Shown: positions 28,392 to 38,685, counted from the stretch's first letter. The stretch is 64,000 nucleotides of DNA from an uncultured Candidatus Saccharibacteria bacterium (GCA_964479725.1 CAYZNF010000002.1:1383-65382); one strand, 5' to 3'. Numbers and translations: made by a program. Notes: generated from the sequence alone by a model not told the origin.

Positions 28392-29694
28392 ACAAAAAAT
28401 TTTGGATATTACACGCCGTGATTTGACAAAGGCAAATCCAGCGTATGGAATCGCGCAAAACAAGGGAACTGCGAGAGGAAATCGGGCGTTTGTTTCCGCC
28501 TCGCAAGAAAAGAAACCGCCACATTTTTCTGCCATCAAACTTTTCGGCATACTGGTGTTATGCTCTTTGGCTGGCGTTTTCGCAATCCAATTTTTCTTTT
28601 CTAGGGCGTACGCGGTTGTGTGGCCAAAATCACGGGAATTAGCCTTTCAAGAAACAGCTGAAATTCGGGTGGGGGAGAACAATACCCAGCTTCAAAACAA
28701 AGTAATCGGGGGGCAGGAGCTTACCCAGGAATTTCAGGAAGAGAAAACGTTTTCTTCTACAGGAAGAACCGGCAACGCAAAATACGCCAACGGCAGTCTT
28801 ATTGTGTACAACGAATCTACCGCAGGGCCGCAAACCCTTATCGCTACTACCCGATTTATTTCCCAAACCGGCAAGCTGTACCGTTCTTCCGCGAAGGTAA
28901 CAGTGCCGGCGGCCAAGCGGCAGGGCGGCAATACTGTGCCGGGACAAGCAAGTGTGCCAATAAAAGCGGCGGAAGCCGGGAGCGAGTATAATATTAATGA
29001 CGAAATGAATTTTTCTATTCCAGGGCTTCTCGGCACTTTTGCGTATACCCGCGTGTACGCGAAATCTTCCCAGCCGATTTCTGGGGGATCTTTGGGCGAA
29101 ATACCCACTGTGTCTAAAACCGACCTGGAAGATGCCAAGGATGATCTTGTCAGGGAATTGACGGAAAAAGCAAATGAAAGCTTTAAGACATTAGCGCCCG
29201 AAGGATATTTGGTTTTGCCAGAATCCTTGGGAGTGGAGGTGCTTTCGGTTTCCAGCGGCGCAGAGGAAGGCGCGCAGGCGGCGCAATTTTCATATTCCGC
29301 CAAGGTAAGGGTTCGCACGCTAGCCTTCAGGAAAAGTGATCTGGAAAGTCTTATTGTCCAGGCTTTGCGTTCACAGCTTGGGGATGGTGAAGATTTAAAC
29401 CCCTCAAGCCTCGTCTTTTCATATATTCCCGAAGACTATAATCGCGAAGACCGTATTGTACGGCTTGGTGTGCAAGGGAAGGCTTTGGGGTATAAAATAC
29501 TAGATGAAGCCGAAATACGCTCTAAAATTCAGGGAAAATCAAAAGAAGGCGCTGATCTCGCGCTTAATGAACATCCTTTGCTTGAATCCGCAAAAGTATC
29601 ATTTTGGCCTTTTTGGGTAAAGGCAATCCCAAATGACCAAACCCGCCTTATGGTGAATATTGAGCTGCCTGTTGACGTTTCCTCAGATTTTTGA
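28381..29694 (+). CDS. Hypothetical membrane-anchored protein (single N-terminal TM, about 360-aa extracytoplasmic part)
   Basis: TM segment [22 protein letters not shown]; no recognised motif; translationally coupled to the upstream ATPase. Confidence 0.5.
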   Translation: MANKQKILDITRRDLTKANPAYGIAQNKGTARGNRAFVSASQEKKPPHFSAIKLFGILVLCSLAGVFAIQFFFSRAYAVVWPKSRELAFQETAEIRVGENNTQLQNKVIGGQELTQEFQEEKTFSSTGRTGNAKYANGSLIVYNESTAGPQTLIATTRFISQTGKLYRSSAKVTVPAAKRQGGNTVPGQASVPIKAAEAGSEYNINDEMNFSIPGLLGTFAYTRVYAKSSQPISGGSLGEIPTVSKTDLEDAKDDLVRELTEKANESFKTLAPEGYLVLPESLGVEVLSVSSGAEEGAQAAQFSYSAKVRVRTLAFRKSDLESLIVQALRSQLGDGEDLNPSSLVFSYIPEDYNREDRIVRLGVQGKALGYKILDEAEIRSKIQGKSKEGADLALNEHPLLESAKVSFWPFWVKAIPNDQTRLMVNIELPVDVSSDF

Positions 29695-29717
29695 TATCAT
29701 TAAGAACTGTAATTTTG

Positions 29718-29936
29718 ATGAACGAAAAACAAAAAAATAGGGTGAGCGGCGAAGTGACTGAAACCTTGCCAAATATGCAGTTTCGGGTTAAACTAGAAGA
29801 CGGCAAGGAAATACTCGCATATCTTTCGGGGAAGCTTGTTATCCACAAAATACGCATTCTGCCTGGAGATAGGGTAACCGTAGAAATGAGTCCCTATGAC
29901 ACGACAAAAGGAAGGATAACTTTTCGGGAAAAATAG
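29718..29936 (+). CDS. infA: Translation initiation factor IF-1
   Basis: [40 protein letters not shown]...[17 protein letters not shown]1-like fold signature; the ORF track start at 29691 is an extension. Confidence 0.93.
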   Translation: MNEKQKNRVSGEVTETLPNMQFRVKLEDGKEILAYLSGKLVIHKIRILPGDRVTVEMSPYDTTKGRITFREK

Positions 29937-29942
29937 AATATC

Positions 29943-30056
29943 ATGAAAGTGCGTTCATCGGTAAAAAAAATCTGCAAAGATTGCAAAACCGTCCGAAGAC
30001 GGGGCATGGTTTATGTTGTCTGCAAAAACTTAAAACACAAGCAAAGGCAAGGATAA
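29943..30056 (+). CDS. rpmJ: 50S ribosomal protein L36
   Basis: Manual translation [37 protein letters not shown] (37 aa, CxxC...C...H zinc ribbon); not in the ORF track because it is under 60 aa. Confidence 0.92.
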   Translation: MKVRSSVKKICKDCKTVRRRGMVYVVCKNLKHKQRQG

Positions 30057-30061
30057 ACCTT

Positions 30062-30451
30062 ATGGCACGCTTAGCTGGAGTCAACATACCCGATAACAAG
30101 AAAATTGTAATTTCGCTGGCTTATATCGAAGGAATAGGCCCGACCTTGAGTTCGAAAATTCTGCGTTTTACCGGGGTTGATCCCGAGAAACGCACCCATA
30201 CTCTTACGGCCGAAGAATTAAACAAAATCCGTGAATACATAGAAAAAAACGTGCGGGTTGAGGGAGACTTGCGCCGGGATATTATTACACATATCAAACG
30301 ATTGCGTGAAATAGGAAGCTGGCGAGGCATGCGCCATGCCAAGCGCCTGCCAACTCGGGGACAACGCACGAAAACCAACAACCGGACTGTGCGTGGCAAT
30401 GTGAGAAAAACTGTAACATCAGGAAGGAAGCCAGCGGCCTCACCGACATAA
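30062..30451 (+). CDS. rpsM: 30S ribosomal protein S13
   Basis: [26 protein letters not shown] start; the ORF track start at 29981 is an upstream extension through rpmJ. Confidence 0.94.
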   Translation: MARLAGVNIPDNKKIVISLAYIEGIGPTLSSKILRFTGVDPEKRTHTLTAEELNKIREYIEKNVRVEGDLRRDIITHIKRLREIGSWRGMRHAKRLPTRGQRTKTNNRTVRGNVRKTVTSGRKPAASPT

Positions 30452-30456
30452 ATATT

Positions 30457-30912
30457 ATGGGTAAAAAACGAGTAGCAGGACAATCTAAAGAAGAGCTATT
30501 GCGCGAAAGCGATGGAGTTCAGGAAAAACTTGTTGCCGAAGGATCCAAGCAAATCGTTTCCAAGAGAGTTAAAGAAGGCCGAATTTCTATTTATTCTTCG
30601 TACAATAACACTATTATGGCCCTGGCCGACAGCAGAGGAAATGTTTTGACCCAGGTAAGCGCCGGCAAAATAGGGTTTAGCGGATCGAAAAAATCTACCC
30701 CTTTTGCCGCGTCCAAGGTTGCTGAAGCAATTGCCCAGGCCGCCGCGACGAAAGGCATTGAATTAGTTGAAATTTTTGTTAAAGGTGTGGGTCCGGGCCG
30801 CGATTCAGCGCTTCGCTCATTGGCTGCGAGGCCTTTTGAAATAGCGGCTATACACGATGTTACGCCGGTGCCTCATAACGGGCCACGCGCGCCTAAAGTA
30901 CGAAGAGTATAA
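30457..30912 (+). CDS. rpsK: 30S ribosomal protein S11
   Basis: 151 aa; NNTIMALADSRGNVL...SGSKKSTPFAA signature. Confidence 0.94.
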   Translation: MGKKRVAGQSKEELLRESDGVQEKLVAEGSKQIVSKRVKEGRISIYSSYNNTIMALADSRGNVLTQVSAGKIGFSGSKKSTPFAASKVAEAIAQAAATKGIELVEIFVKGVGPGRDSALRSLAARPFEIAAIHDVTPVPHNGPRAPKVRRV

Positions 30913-30921
30913 TATTTATTT

Positions 30922-31452
30922 ATGCAAACAGGTGTCGTAAGAAAACGAAATACCAGCCCGCTGTCCGAATTTGGGCGTCAGCTAAAGGAAAAGCAGACGC
31001 TGAAACTTGAATACAATCTTCGCGAGCGGCAGTTCCAGAATTACGTCAACGAGGCGCTGGCAGAAAGCCGAAAAGGAGCGGGAAATTCCCCCGAGCTTTT
31101 GATGCGCAGACTTGAAATGCGTTTAGACAGCATAGTATTTAAAATGGGCTTCGCCGCTACCCGCGCTCAAGCTCGGCAAATGGTAACACACGGACATTTT
31201 TGGGTAGGAGGAAAACCCGTAGACGTGCCTTCGATGCGTTTGAAAAAAGGAGACGTAGTCGCACTGCGCCCGTCCTCCATGAAAAAAGCGCTTTTCCAGA
31301 ATTTGCAATTAGCCTTGAAAAAATACGAGGCGCCGGCTTGGATCCAGCTCGATAAGGAAAAAATGGAGGCGGCTATTATCGGCGAGCCGAGTTTGCAGGC
31401 GATTTCGCCTAATGTCGAACTTGCGCTTATTTTTGAATTCTACTCAAGATAA
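30922..31452 (+). CDS. rpsD: 30S ribosomal protein S4 (lacks the N-terminal about 30 aa zinc-finger region)
   Basis: 176 aa; aligns to S4 from about residue 35 (QLKEKQTLKLEYNLRERQFQNY...RLDSIVFKMGFAATRAQARQMV). Confidence 0.9.
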   Translation: MQTGVVRKRNTSPLSEFGRQLKEKQTLKLEYNLRERQFQNYVNEALAESRKGAGNSPELLMRRLEMRLDSIVFKMGFAATRAQARQMVTHGHFWVGGKPVDVPSMRLKKGDVVALRPSSMKKALFQNLQLALKKYEAPAWIQLDKEKMEAAIIGEPSLQAISPNVELALIFEFYSR

Positions 31453-31479
31453 AAAAACGTACATTCGCTTTATATTATT

Positions 31480-32283
31480 ATGATTCCTTTTTCTCTGCCA
31501 ACAAAAATTATTGAGACGAGCGCGTCGCGCGGATTATTCGAAATTGAAGCCCTTTACCCGGGATATGGAGTTACCGTAGGAAATAGTTTGCGCCGGGTAC
31601 TGTTGTCTTCGCTTGGAGGGGCGGCTGCGACGCAGGTAAAAATAAAGAATGTTCCTCATGAATTTTCGACTTTACCGGGTGTCATAGAAGACACCATACA
31701 AATCCTTTTAAATATAAAGCAATTGCGCCTCAAGCTTCATGGAGACGAGCCGCAAACCATAACGCTGAAAATCAAGGGGGAAAAAGAAGCAAAAGCCTCT
31801 GATTTTGAAACTCCTTCCCAAGTGGAAATCATGAACAAGGATTTGCATATTGCAACGATTACCGATAAATCTACTGAACTTGAAATGGAGGTGAGGGTTG
31901 AAAAAGGCATGGGATATGTTTCTGCGGAAGCCTTGCGAAAGGATAAGAACGAGATAGGCAGTATTACCCTGGATGCCGCATTTAATCCTGTGCGAAAAGT
32001 GAATTATCGGGTTGAGAACATGCGCGTGGGTGAGCGAACCGACTACGACAAAATCCAGATGGAGATTATCACCGATGGAAGCATTGCTCCGGAAAATGCC
32101 CTGCACCAAGCCGCTCGCATTTTAGTAGGACAATTCAACACGGTTACAGTGGGCTTAGGCGATGCGGTTGAAGCGGCAGCCCTAGCAAGCAAAGGAGCAG
32201 GAGAAGGCGATGCAGAAGGAGCTGAAACTAAAACCAAAAAGGCGAAGAAAACAGTTAAGAGCAAGGCCAAGCAAAAAGTATAA
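31480..32283 (+). CDS. rpoA: RNA polymerase alpha subunit, N-terminal domain only (no alpha-CTD; Lys/Ala-rich tail)
   Basis: 267 aa; alpha-NTD dimerisation region conserved through ARILVGQFNT, then 40 aa of low-complexity GDAVEAAALASKGAGEGDAEGAETKTKKAKK... Confidence 0.85.
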   Translation: MIPFSLPTKIIETSASRGLFEIEALYPGYGVTVGNSLRRVLLSSLGGAAATQVKIKNVPHEFSTLPGVIEDTIQILLNIKQLRLKLHGDEPQTITLKIKGEKEAKASDFETPSQVEIMNKDLHIATITDKSTELEMEVRVEKGMGYVSAEALRKDKNEIGSITLDAAFNPVRKVNYRVENMRVGERTDYDKIQMEIITDGSIAPENALHQAARILVGQFNTVTVGLGDAVEAAALASKGAGEGDAEGAETKTKKAKKTVKSKAKQKV

Positions 32284-32288
32284 CGATA

Positions 32289-32639
32289 ATGTATAAGCGT
32301 ATCAAAAATAGAAAATTTTCACGCAAACCTTCCGTGCGCCGGGCGTTTTTACGCTCGCTTGTGCGCGCTCTTGTGCTTAAAGACAGGATTAAGACCACTG
32401 AAGCGCGGGCGAAAGAACTTTCAAGCGCCGCAGAAAAAGTGGTAACAACGGCAAAGAGGGGAGGATTGGCGGCGCGCCGTTCTTTATTAAGATCCTTTGA
32501 TGATTTGGCAACGAAAAAACTCGTTGATGAATTGGGGCCGCGATTCAAAGAACGGGCAGGCGGTTATACAAGGATCGTTAAAATCGGGCCTCGAAAGTCT
32601 GACGGCGCTAAAATGGCTATCATCGAATTTGTCAAATAA
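32289..32639 (+). CDS. rplQ: 50S ribosomal protein L17
   Basis: 116 aa; RKPSVRRAFLRSLVRALV...GGYTRIVKIGPRKSDGAKMAIIEF signature. Confidence 0.94.
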   Translation: MYKRIKNRKFSRKPSVRRAFLRSLVRALVLKDRIKTTEARAKELSSAAEKVVTTAKRGGLAARRSLLRSFDDLATKKLVDELGPRFKERAGGYTRIVKIGPRKSDGAKMAIIEFVK

Positions 32640-33011
32640 ATGCATATACAGGTTATGGAAGAAAAACGAGCTACGCACACAATCGATGCTTCGGATAAAA
32701 CCCTGGGCAGACTGGCAACCGAAATTTCCGTATTGCTTCGCGGAAAACTGAAATCTGACTTTCTCTTGCATAAAGACGATGGTGATTTTGTAACCGTAAA
32801 AAACGTGCGAAAGATCCGCTTGACCGGAAACAAAATAATTGCTAAAAAATATTTCAGCCATTCAGGATATTTTGGTGGATTGCGCGAACAAAAAGTGAAA
32901 GAAGTAATGGCAAAGGATCCCACGGAGGTCTTGCGCAGAGCCGTATGGGGAATGCTTCCGAAAAATAAACTTCGGGCGCAACAGATAAAAAGATTGAAGA
33001 TGGAAGAATAA
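32640..33011 (+). CDS. rplM: 50S ribosomal protein L13
   Basis: 123 aa; ATHTIDASDKTLGRLATEISVLLRGK signature; ATG immediately after the rplQ stop. Confidence 0.92.
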   Translation: MHIQVMEEKRATHTIDASDKTLGRLATEISVLLRGKLKSDFLLHKDDGDFVTVKNVRKIRLTGNKIIAKKYFSHSGYFGGLREQKVKEVMAKDPTEVLRRAVWGMLPKNKLRAQQIKRLKMEE

Positions 33012-33016
33012 TTTGT

Positions 33017-33484
33017 ATGGTTAGAGCGAAATCACAATCAGTCAAACGCGTGCCAAAAGCGCCCGCGGAACCAAAACCGGAAGCACCGCAAGGAAAGTAC
33101 CATGAGGGAGTGGGGCGGCGCAAAACCGCTATTGCCAGGGTTCGCATTTTTGAGGACAGCTCCCAGACTGGCTTTGGAGTAAACGGCAGAAACCTGGCCG
33201 AATATTTCCAGCAGAAAGAGTGCGAAACAATCGCAACTGAAATTATGCAAAAAATTTCATTGCCTGTGCGGTTTGGAGTTTCTGCATTTGTGGCAGGAGG
33301 AGGCAAACAAGCGCAAGCGGAAGCCATTAGGCATGGGATTGCCCGGGCTTTGATAGAATTTGATCCCGGATTGCGCTCACAGCTAAAAGTATTTGGATAT
33401 TTAACACGCGATCCCAGAAAAAAAGAAAGAAAGAAATTCGGGCTTAAGGCCGCCAGACGAGCGCGACAATGGCGCAAGAGATAG
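33017..33484 (+). CDS. rpsI: 30S ribosomal protein S9 (N-terminal extension)
   Basis: GVGRRKTAIARVRI...GGGKQAQAEAIRHGIARAL...KKFGLKAARRARQWRKR signature. Confidence 0.93.
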   Translation: MVRAKSQSVKRVPKAPAEPKPEAPQGKYHEGVGRRKTAIARVRIFEDSSQTGFGVNGRNLAEYFQQKECETIATEIMQKISLPVRFGVSAFVAGGGKQAQAEAIRHGIARALIEFDPGLRSQLKVFGYLTRDPRKKERKKFGLKAARRARQWRKR

Positions 33485-33488
33485 GGAA

Positions 33489-34892
33489 TTACCGAATTAT
33501 ACGCTCCGAAGTCATCAGCCCCTTGGGGGTGGCAATCAAAAACGTTTTGGTTTCATTCAGCCAAAGCGTTTTTGATTGAGGTTCGTCGAGCACAGTATAG
33601 GTGTTTATATTGCTCCGGTCGTCAATTTCGGCAATTTTGAGCGTATCACCCGTGAGAAACGCGACATATCCGCCAGTGATCCACAAGGGGGAGTGCAAGC
33701 GTTCATTGAACCGGTTCAAAAATACAAAAGCACCCTTTTTCTTTCTGGGAGCTTCCATCTGGTCTTGAAGATAATACACCCATAGTTCCGATCCGTTGAT
33801 CACCAGCAGTTTTTCGTAATCGGGAGCCGGGATGAGACTGGTAACATTATCGGCAATCCTGGAGAAGGTTTCTTGCCGCTGGACGTATACGAAGAGATTT
33901 GAGTTTTCTTTGACGAAAATTCGATTCTTAAATGAGAAAATGTCATATGTTTTCCCGGGCTGGATTACAAATGATGTCTGCACGGCGTGCTGGGGAGAAG
34001 ATGCGAAAGCAAGTTCTTTCACCCATAAGGAACCGTCTTGCTCGAGCCAATAAAGTTTGTTCTGATCTACAAAAAAAGCAAGGACATTCGTTCCCCAAAA
34101 CGAGAAATGCTCTTGGGTAATATAATCGATTTCAGTAACAGCTCTAGCTCCAGGAAGTTTTTGGAGCGCTAAGAGCCGATTACTGGAAACTGGCGAAAAT
34201 TGGACAGTTTTTGCTTCACTGGCGTCAAGGATAACGGGACAAATGAGTTCTTCGCACCAAAGCTTTACTTGTGGAGATGAGGAAGCTACGAAGGCGCTTT
34301 CGACAGCATCTTGAAGAGCTTGGATCAGGATTCTGCTAGAGTCGCTGCTCCATTGAACTCGGGCAATGCTCTCTTTCGGGGACGATAATCGACGCAGAAG
34401 CGTTTTTGCATTAGCTCGGGTATCCCAAAAGACAAGCTGGCTGCCAGCATCGGTTTCTTCAAGCAAAACCGCATAAATGCCATTTGGCGCAAGCCATGCG
34501 TTTTTGACTGAAGTATTGGTTATCCTGAAAATAATTTCACTGGGGAACAAGAAAACATTTTTTGCTTCAGCGGCTTCGTTGGCTCTAATTTCAAGAATTT
34601 TTTCCCATGGGGAATATCCTTCCTTTTCGATGCGTACCTTATAGTTACCCGGAAATAGATCGGATATCAAAGCTGATCCCGCAAAAATCGAGGTTCTTTT
34701 TGTGGGCTGACCCTCGATATAGATTGTCGCGCTCGGAGGCACGGCTTTAATATACAGGGCGCCAGTTTGGGTAATTGTGCGGGTTCTCCAGTCGATTTTG
34801 TACCCTAGAGAATATAAAACAATAAATGCCGATAAGGCTAAAAAAAAGACGGAGACGATGAAAAACAAGATAGTGCGGTAGCGTTTCGTCAT
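33489..34892 (-). CDS. Membrane-anchored PEGA-domain protein with beta-rich extracytoplasmic region
   Basis: N-terminal TM (ILFFIVSVFFLALSAFIVLY), PEGA-like segment GNYKVRIEKEGYSPWEKIL, then about 350 aa of repetitive beta-strand-like sequence. Confidence 0.6.
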   Translation of the reverse strand: MTKRYRTILFFIVSVFFLALSAFIVLYSLGYKIDWRTRTITQTGALYIKAVPPSATIYIEGQPTKRTSIFAGSALISDLFPGNYKVRIEKEGYSPWEKILEIRANEAAEAKNVFLFPSEIIFRITNTSVKNAWLAPNGIYAVLLEETDAGSQLVFWDTRANAKTLLRRLSSPKESIARVQWSSDSSRILIQALQDAVESAFVASSSPQVKLWCEELICPVILDASEAKTVQFSPVSSNRLLALQKLPGARAVTEIDYITQEHFSFWGTNVLAFFVDQNKLYWLEQDGSLWVKELAFASSPQHAVQTSFVIQPGKTYDIFSFKNRIFVKENSNLFVYVQRQETFSRIADNVTSLIPAPDYEKLLVINGSELWVYYLQDQMEAPRKKKGAFVFLNRFNERLHSPLWITGGYVAFLTGDTLKIAEIDDRSNINTYTVLDEPQSKTLWLNETKTFLIATPKGLMTSERIIR

Positions 34893-34993
34893 CGATTATA
34901 TTATATGCCAATTCTGCCGTTGTCTCAATCTTAAAACTTAATCCTGGGTGGTTTGCCAACCCAAGGTATTTAAGGTAAAATAAACCAGTCTCT

Positions 34994-36277
34994 ATGGAAA
35001 AATTCATCATCCAAGGCGGAAAAAAGCTTTCAGGGGATATTGATGTTCGCGGGGCAAAAAATGCGGCTTTTCCCCTTATCGCGGCCGCGATCCTTACGAA
35101 AGAGGATGTTGTCATACATAACCTTCCACTTATCGAAGATGTGTTCCGCATGCTTGAAATTATGCAAAGCATGGAAGCCACCGTGGATTGGCTGGCCGAA
35201 AGGACGGTCAAAATAAACACACGCCATTTGGATCCTTCCAAGATTGATTCGCTGAAAGTGAAACGCTTGCGGGGATCGGTTGTACTGCTTGGCCCGTTGC
35301 TTGCCCGCTTTGGGAATGTTTTCTTGGCGCGGCCAGGAGGGGACATGATTGGCGTCAGGCCAATAGATACTCATCTTGATGCTTTCATACAACTGGGCGC
35401 AAAAGTAACCCAAAAAAAAGACGGGGTGCAAATTGATCTCGAACAGAAGATCGCCGGAAAAAAGGAAGTTATACTCAATGAATTTTCGGTTACGGCGACA
35501 GAGAATATCCTTTTATTTGCCGCGGGAACATCTGCTCAAATCACCGTAAAGACCGCCGATTTTGACTATCAAATCCAGGAGCTTGTAAAAGTACTCCAGA
35601 AAATGGGCGCTGAAATCACCCTGTCGGGACTTCACGCGCTGACAATAAAAGGCAGTATACGGCTAAAGGGAGCTGTGCATACGCTGATGTATGATCCCAC
35701 CGAGGCAGGGACCTTTGTCCTGATGGGAGCTATTGCCCCGGGTGAAATTACGGTAAAAAATGTGGAAGTCTCTTTTCTTGACTTATTCTTCAAAAAACTT
35801 AAGGATTTTGGTGTTACTTTTGAGATTGCAAGACACAAGAACGGCCTGGTAGACATAAAAGTTTCGCATGCCAGGAATCTTAAGATCGATAAAATCCAAT
35901 GTTTCATTTATCCCGGCATCCATTCTGACCTGCAGAGTCCGCTTGGAGTTCTGGCAACACAATCCAAAGGGCCGACACTTCTGCATGATCCCCTGTATGC
36001 CGGACGTTTGAAATATCTTGAGGAGTTAAATAAGATGGGGGCGGAAATATTTCTTACCGACCCGCATCGGGCCATTATCAATGGCCCCGCGAAACTATAC
36101 GGAGCAGAGGTAAATGCTTCTGATCTTCGCGGAGGAGCCGCCCTCATTGCCGCCGCTTTCATCGCTCGCGGGGAAAGCATACTTACAAACGTATACCAGG
36201 TGGACAGGGGATATGAGAAGATCGAAGAGCGCCTGCAGAAACTTGGCGCCGACATAAAGAGAGTTGTTGATAATTGA
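34994..36277 (+). CDS. murA: UDP-N-acetylglucosamine 1-carboxyvinyltransferase
   Basis: 427 aa; FIIQGGKKLSGDIDVRGAKNAA... and the EPSP-synthase fold are conserved throughout. Confidence 0.94.
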   Translation: MEKFIIQGGKKLSGDIDVRGAKNAAFPLIAAAILTKEDVVIHNLPLIEDVFRMLEIMQSMEATVDWLAERTVKINTRHLDPSKIDSLKVKRLRGSVVLLGPLLARFGNVFLARPGGDMIGVRPIDTHLDAFIQLGAKVTQKKDGVQIDLEQKIAGKKEVILNEFSVTATENILLFAAGTSAQITVKTADFDYQIQELVKVLQKMGAEITLSGLHALTIKGSIRLKGAVHTLMYDPTEAGTFVLMGAIAPGEITVKNVEVSFLDLFFKKLKDFGVTFEIARHKNGLVDIKVSHARNLKIDKIQCFIYPGIHSDLQSPLGVLATQSKGPTLLHDPLYAGRLKYLEELNKMGAEIFLTDPHRAIINGPAKLYGAEVNASDLRGGAALIAAAFIARGESILTNVYQVDRGYEKIEERLQKLGADIKRVVDN

Positions 36278-36296
36278 TACTTTGAAATCTGTCGTC

Positions 36297-37304
36297 ATGT
36301 TTGTCACAAAAATCGGAATTGACCTAGGCACTGCTAATTCGCATGTTTTCATTCCTAAAAAAGGGGTCGTATTGAGCGAACCTTCGGTTGTCGCTGTGGC
36401 ATTATCTGAAAACAAGATTTTGGCGGTGGGCGACGCGGCAAAAGAAATGACCGGAAGGACTCCCGACACAATACGCGTGTACAGGCCAATGAGGGAGGGA
36501 GTGATCGCGGATTTTCGAGTTACCCTAGCAATGATACGCTATTTCCTCGAAAAAGTCGTGCCTAGCTACCAATTTTTCAAACCCGAGGTATTAATTTCAG
36601 TGCCTGCCGGAATCACCTCCACGGAACGGCGCGCGGTTATCGAAGCCGTGTTAAGCGCTGGCGCCAAAGCGGCTTTTGTGGCCAAAGAACCGATTCTAGC
36701 GGCCATTGGCGCCGGAATACCAATCAACTCTTCTTCGGGGCACATGATAGTAAATATCGGCGGTGGCACCACAGAAGTAGCGATTATCTCGCTCGGGGGC
36801 ATTGTTGTCTCAACCTCTTTGCGGGTAGCGGGAGATAAACTGGACCATGCGATCGCAGAGCATATCAAAAAGAAACACAATCTGGCCATTGGAGAAAAAA
36901 CCGCGGAAGATATCAAGATAAAAATCGGGACGGCGCTTCCTGAAAAGAATGAAGCAACCGTAGAAATACGCGGCCGCGATTTGGCGCTAGGCCTGCCAAA
37001 AAACATTCGTGTTACCTCTAATGAAATTGCCCAGGCAATTGCCGATCCTCTTGAAGAGATTGTACAGACCGTTAAAATGGTCCTGCGCCAGACCCCGCCC
37101 GAACTCTCTGCAGACATTATGGACAAAGGTTTGGTAGTTTCAGGGGGAGGAGCGCTGTTGCGCAATATCGACCAATTGATTTCGCAGACCATCGGAGTGC
37201 CCTGCTTTGTTGCGGACGATCCTTTATTGTGCGTAGTAAAAGGCACGGGCGTTGTTTTAGATAACCTTGACATATACAAGCAAAGCGTAATGAGTAAACG
37301 GTAA
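36297..37304 (+). CDS. mreB: Rod shape-determining protein MreB
   Basis: IGIDLGTANSHVF, NIGGGTTEVAIISLGGIV actin-fold motifs; the ORF track start at 36264 is an extension overlapping murA. Confidence 0.92.
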   Translation: MFVTKIGIDLGTANSHVFIPKKGVVLSEPSVVAVALSENKILAVGDAAKEMTGRTPDTIRVYRPMREGVIADFRVTLAMIRYFLEKVVPSYQFFKPEVLISVPAGITSTERRAVIEAVLSAGAKAAFVAKEPILAAIGAGIPINSSSGHMIVNIGGGTTEVAIISLGGIVVSTSLRVAGDKLDHAIAEHIKKKHNLAIGEKTAEDIKIKIGTALPEKNEATVEIRGRDLALGLPKNIRVTSNEIAQAIADPLEEIVQTVKMVLRQTPPELSADIMDKGLVVSGGGALLRNIDQLISQTIGVPCFVADDPLLCVVKGTGVVLDNLDIYKQSVMSKR

Positions 37305-37309
37305 ACACT

Positions 37310-38116
37310 ATGAGAAATAATCGCCAATGGCAAGTATTGTCTCTCGCGGCGCTTCAGGGCGAACTTTCGCACGCGTATGCTTTTTTGGGCAGCGATGCGT
37401 CCGTAAAAAAAGAAACGGCGCTTCGCTTGATCCAATTGGCCAATTGCCAATCGGAAAATCGTGATGCGGCAAAAGACGTCTGCGGAACTTGCCGGGCATG
37501 TATGGAAATAGGGAATTATGCGTTTGCCGATCTTTTATGGGTCCGCGAGGAAGATGAGATTAAAATTGAAGCAGTCAGGCAGATTGCCTCGCATCTTGCC
37601 CTGGCTCCGTATGCTTCGGCCGTAAAATTTGTCGTGATCGAAAACGCGCATCTAATGAACCATACCGCCCAGTCTGCTTTCTTGAAAGTTCTGGAAGAGC
37701 CTCGCGGAAATACCGTTATTATCCTGCTTGCCGAATATCCCGCCCTTTTGCTTGACACTATTTTATCCCGCACCCAGCAAATTTCATTTTATTCCAGCCT
37801 TTCTGCGCACGGAACAGATAAAGAGACCTTAAAAACCGCGCAAGAGTTTGAAAAATGCTTGGAAATTCCCTTGATTGAGCGTTTTGAAAGAGCAAAAAAA
37901 CTTGCTGACAATCCTGGAAAAATTCCTTTTACGCTTGCGGTGTGGCTGGGAATCGTCCGAAAAAATATGCTGAAAGAATTGCAGGTTTCAAATACGAAAG
38001 AAGTTGTGCGATGGAAACATATTGTCGAAAAGATTGAAGAAGTGCTATCGTATATTCAGCGCACAAACGTAAATAAAACACTGGCGATAGAACAAGTCAT
38101 GCTGGCTCTTCCTTGA
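37310..38116 (+). CDS. holB: DNA polymerase III delta-prime subunit-like clamp-loader protein
   Basis: AYAFLG...CGTCRAC zinc module, VIENAHLMN...AFLKVLEEP, SRTQ sensor-2 region; degenerate Walker A. Confidence 0.75.
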   Translation: MRNNRQWQVLSLAALQGELSHAYAFLGSDASVKKETALRLIQLANCQSENRDAAKDVCGTCRACMEIGNYAFADLLWVREEDEIKIEAVRQIASHLALAPYASAVKFVVIENAHLMNHTAQSAFLKVLEEPRGNTVIILLAEYPALLLDTILSRTQQISFYSSLSAHGTDKETLKTAQEFEKCLEIPLIERFERAKKLADNPGKIPFTLAVWLGIVRKNMLKELQVSNTKEVVRWKHIVEKIEEVLSYIQRTNVNKTLAIEQVMLALP

Positions 38117-38117
38117 T

Positions 38118-38678
38118 ATGTATAAAGAAATTATCCAAAAAATGCGTCCAGAAGCCGATAAGGTGGTGGAGTTTTTTGCCAAAGAAGCTATGAAATTCAG
38201 GACAGGCCAGGCTAGTCCGGCATTGGTTGAAGATGTACTGGTGGATGCCTACGGCCAAAAAATGCCAATAAAACAATTGGCCGCGATTTCCTGCCCAGAG
38301 CGCAGGCAAATTCTAATTCAGCCGTGGGACAAATCATCCCTGGAGGCCATACAAAAGGCTTTGCAAATGGAGAGTTCGCTGGGTACCAGCCCCATAGCCG
38401 ACAAAGACTCGCTGCGCATCAATTTGCCTCCTCTGACCCAGGAATTCCGCGAAAAAATACTGAAAATTTTGGCGGATAAAGAAGAAGAAGCGAAACAAGT
38501 AATAAGGAAACTGCGCGACGAAGCGTGGGGCGAGATACAAGACAAAACCCGTACCGGCCAAGTCCGCGAAGATGACAAATTCAAAGGCAAGGAAGACCTG
38601 CAAAAACTCGTAGACGAATATAATAAAAAGATTGAAGCTGTCGTTGCTAAAAAGCAACAGGAAGTTCAAAACGCATAA
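38118..38678 (+). CDS. frr: Ribosome recycling factor
   Basis: 186 aa; FRTGQASPALVEDVLVDAYGQKMPIKQLA... signature. Confidence 0.94.
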   Translation: MYKEIIQKMRPEADKVVEFFAKEAMKFRTGQASPALVEDVLVDAYGQKMPIKQLAAISCPERRQILIQPWDKSSLEAIQKALQMESSLGTSPIADKDSLRINLPPLTQEFREKILKILADKEEEAKQVIRKLRDEAWGEIQDKTRTGQVREDDKFKGKEDLQKLVDEYNKKIEAVVAKKQQEVQNA

Positions 38679-38685
38679 AATTCAC

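Noticed and set aside
29981-30061. Track ORF 29981..30451 beginning [10 protein letters not shown]...
   Set aside because: It is rpsM read through from an upstream in-frame ATG; the same DNA encodes L36 (29943..30056) in another frame, and S13 starts at [11 protein letters not shown] (30062).
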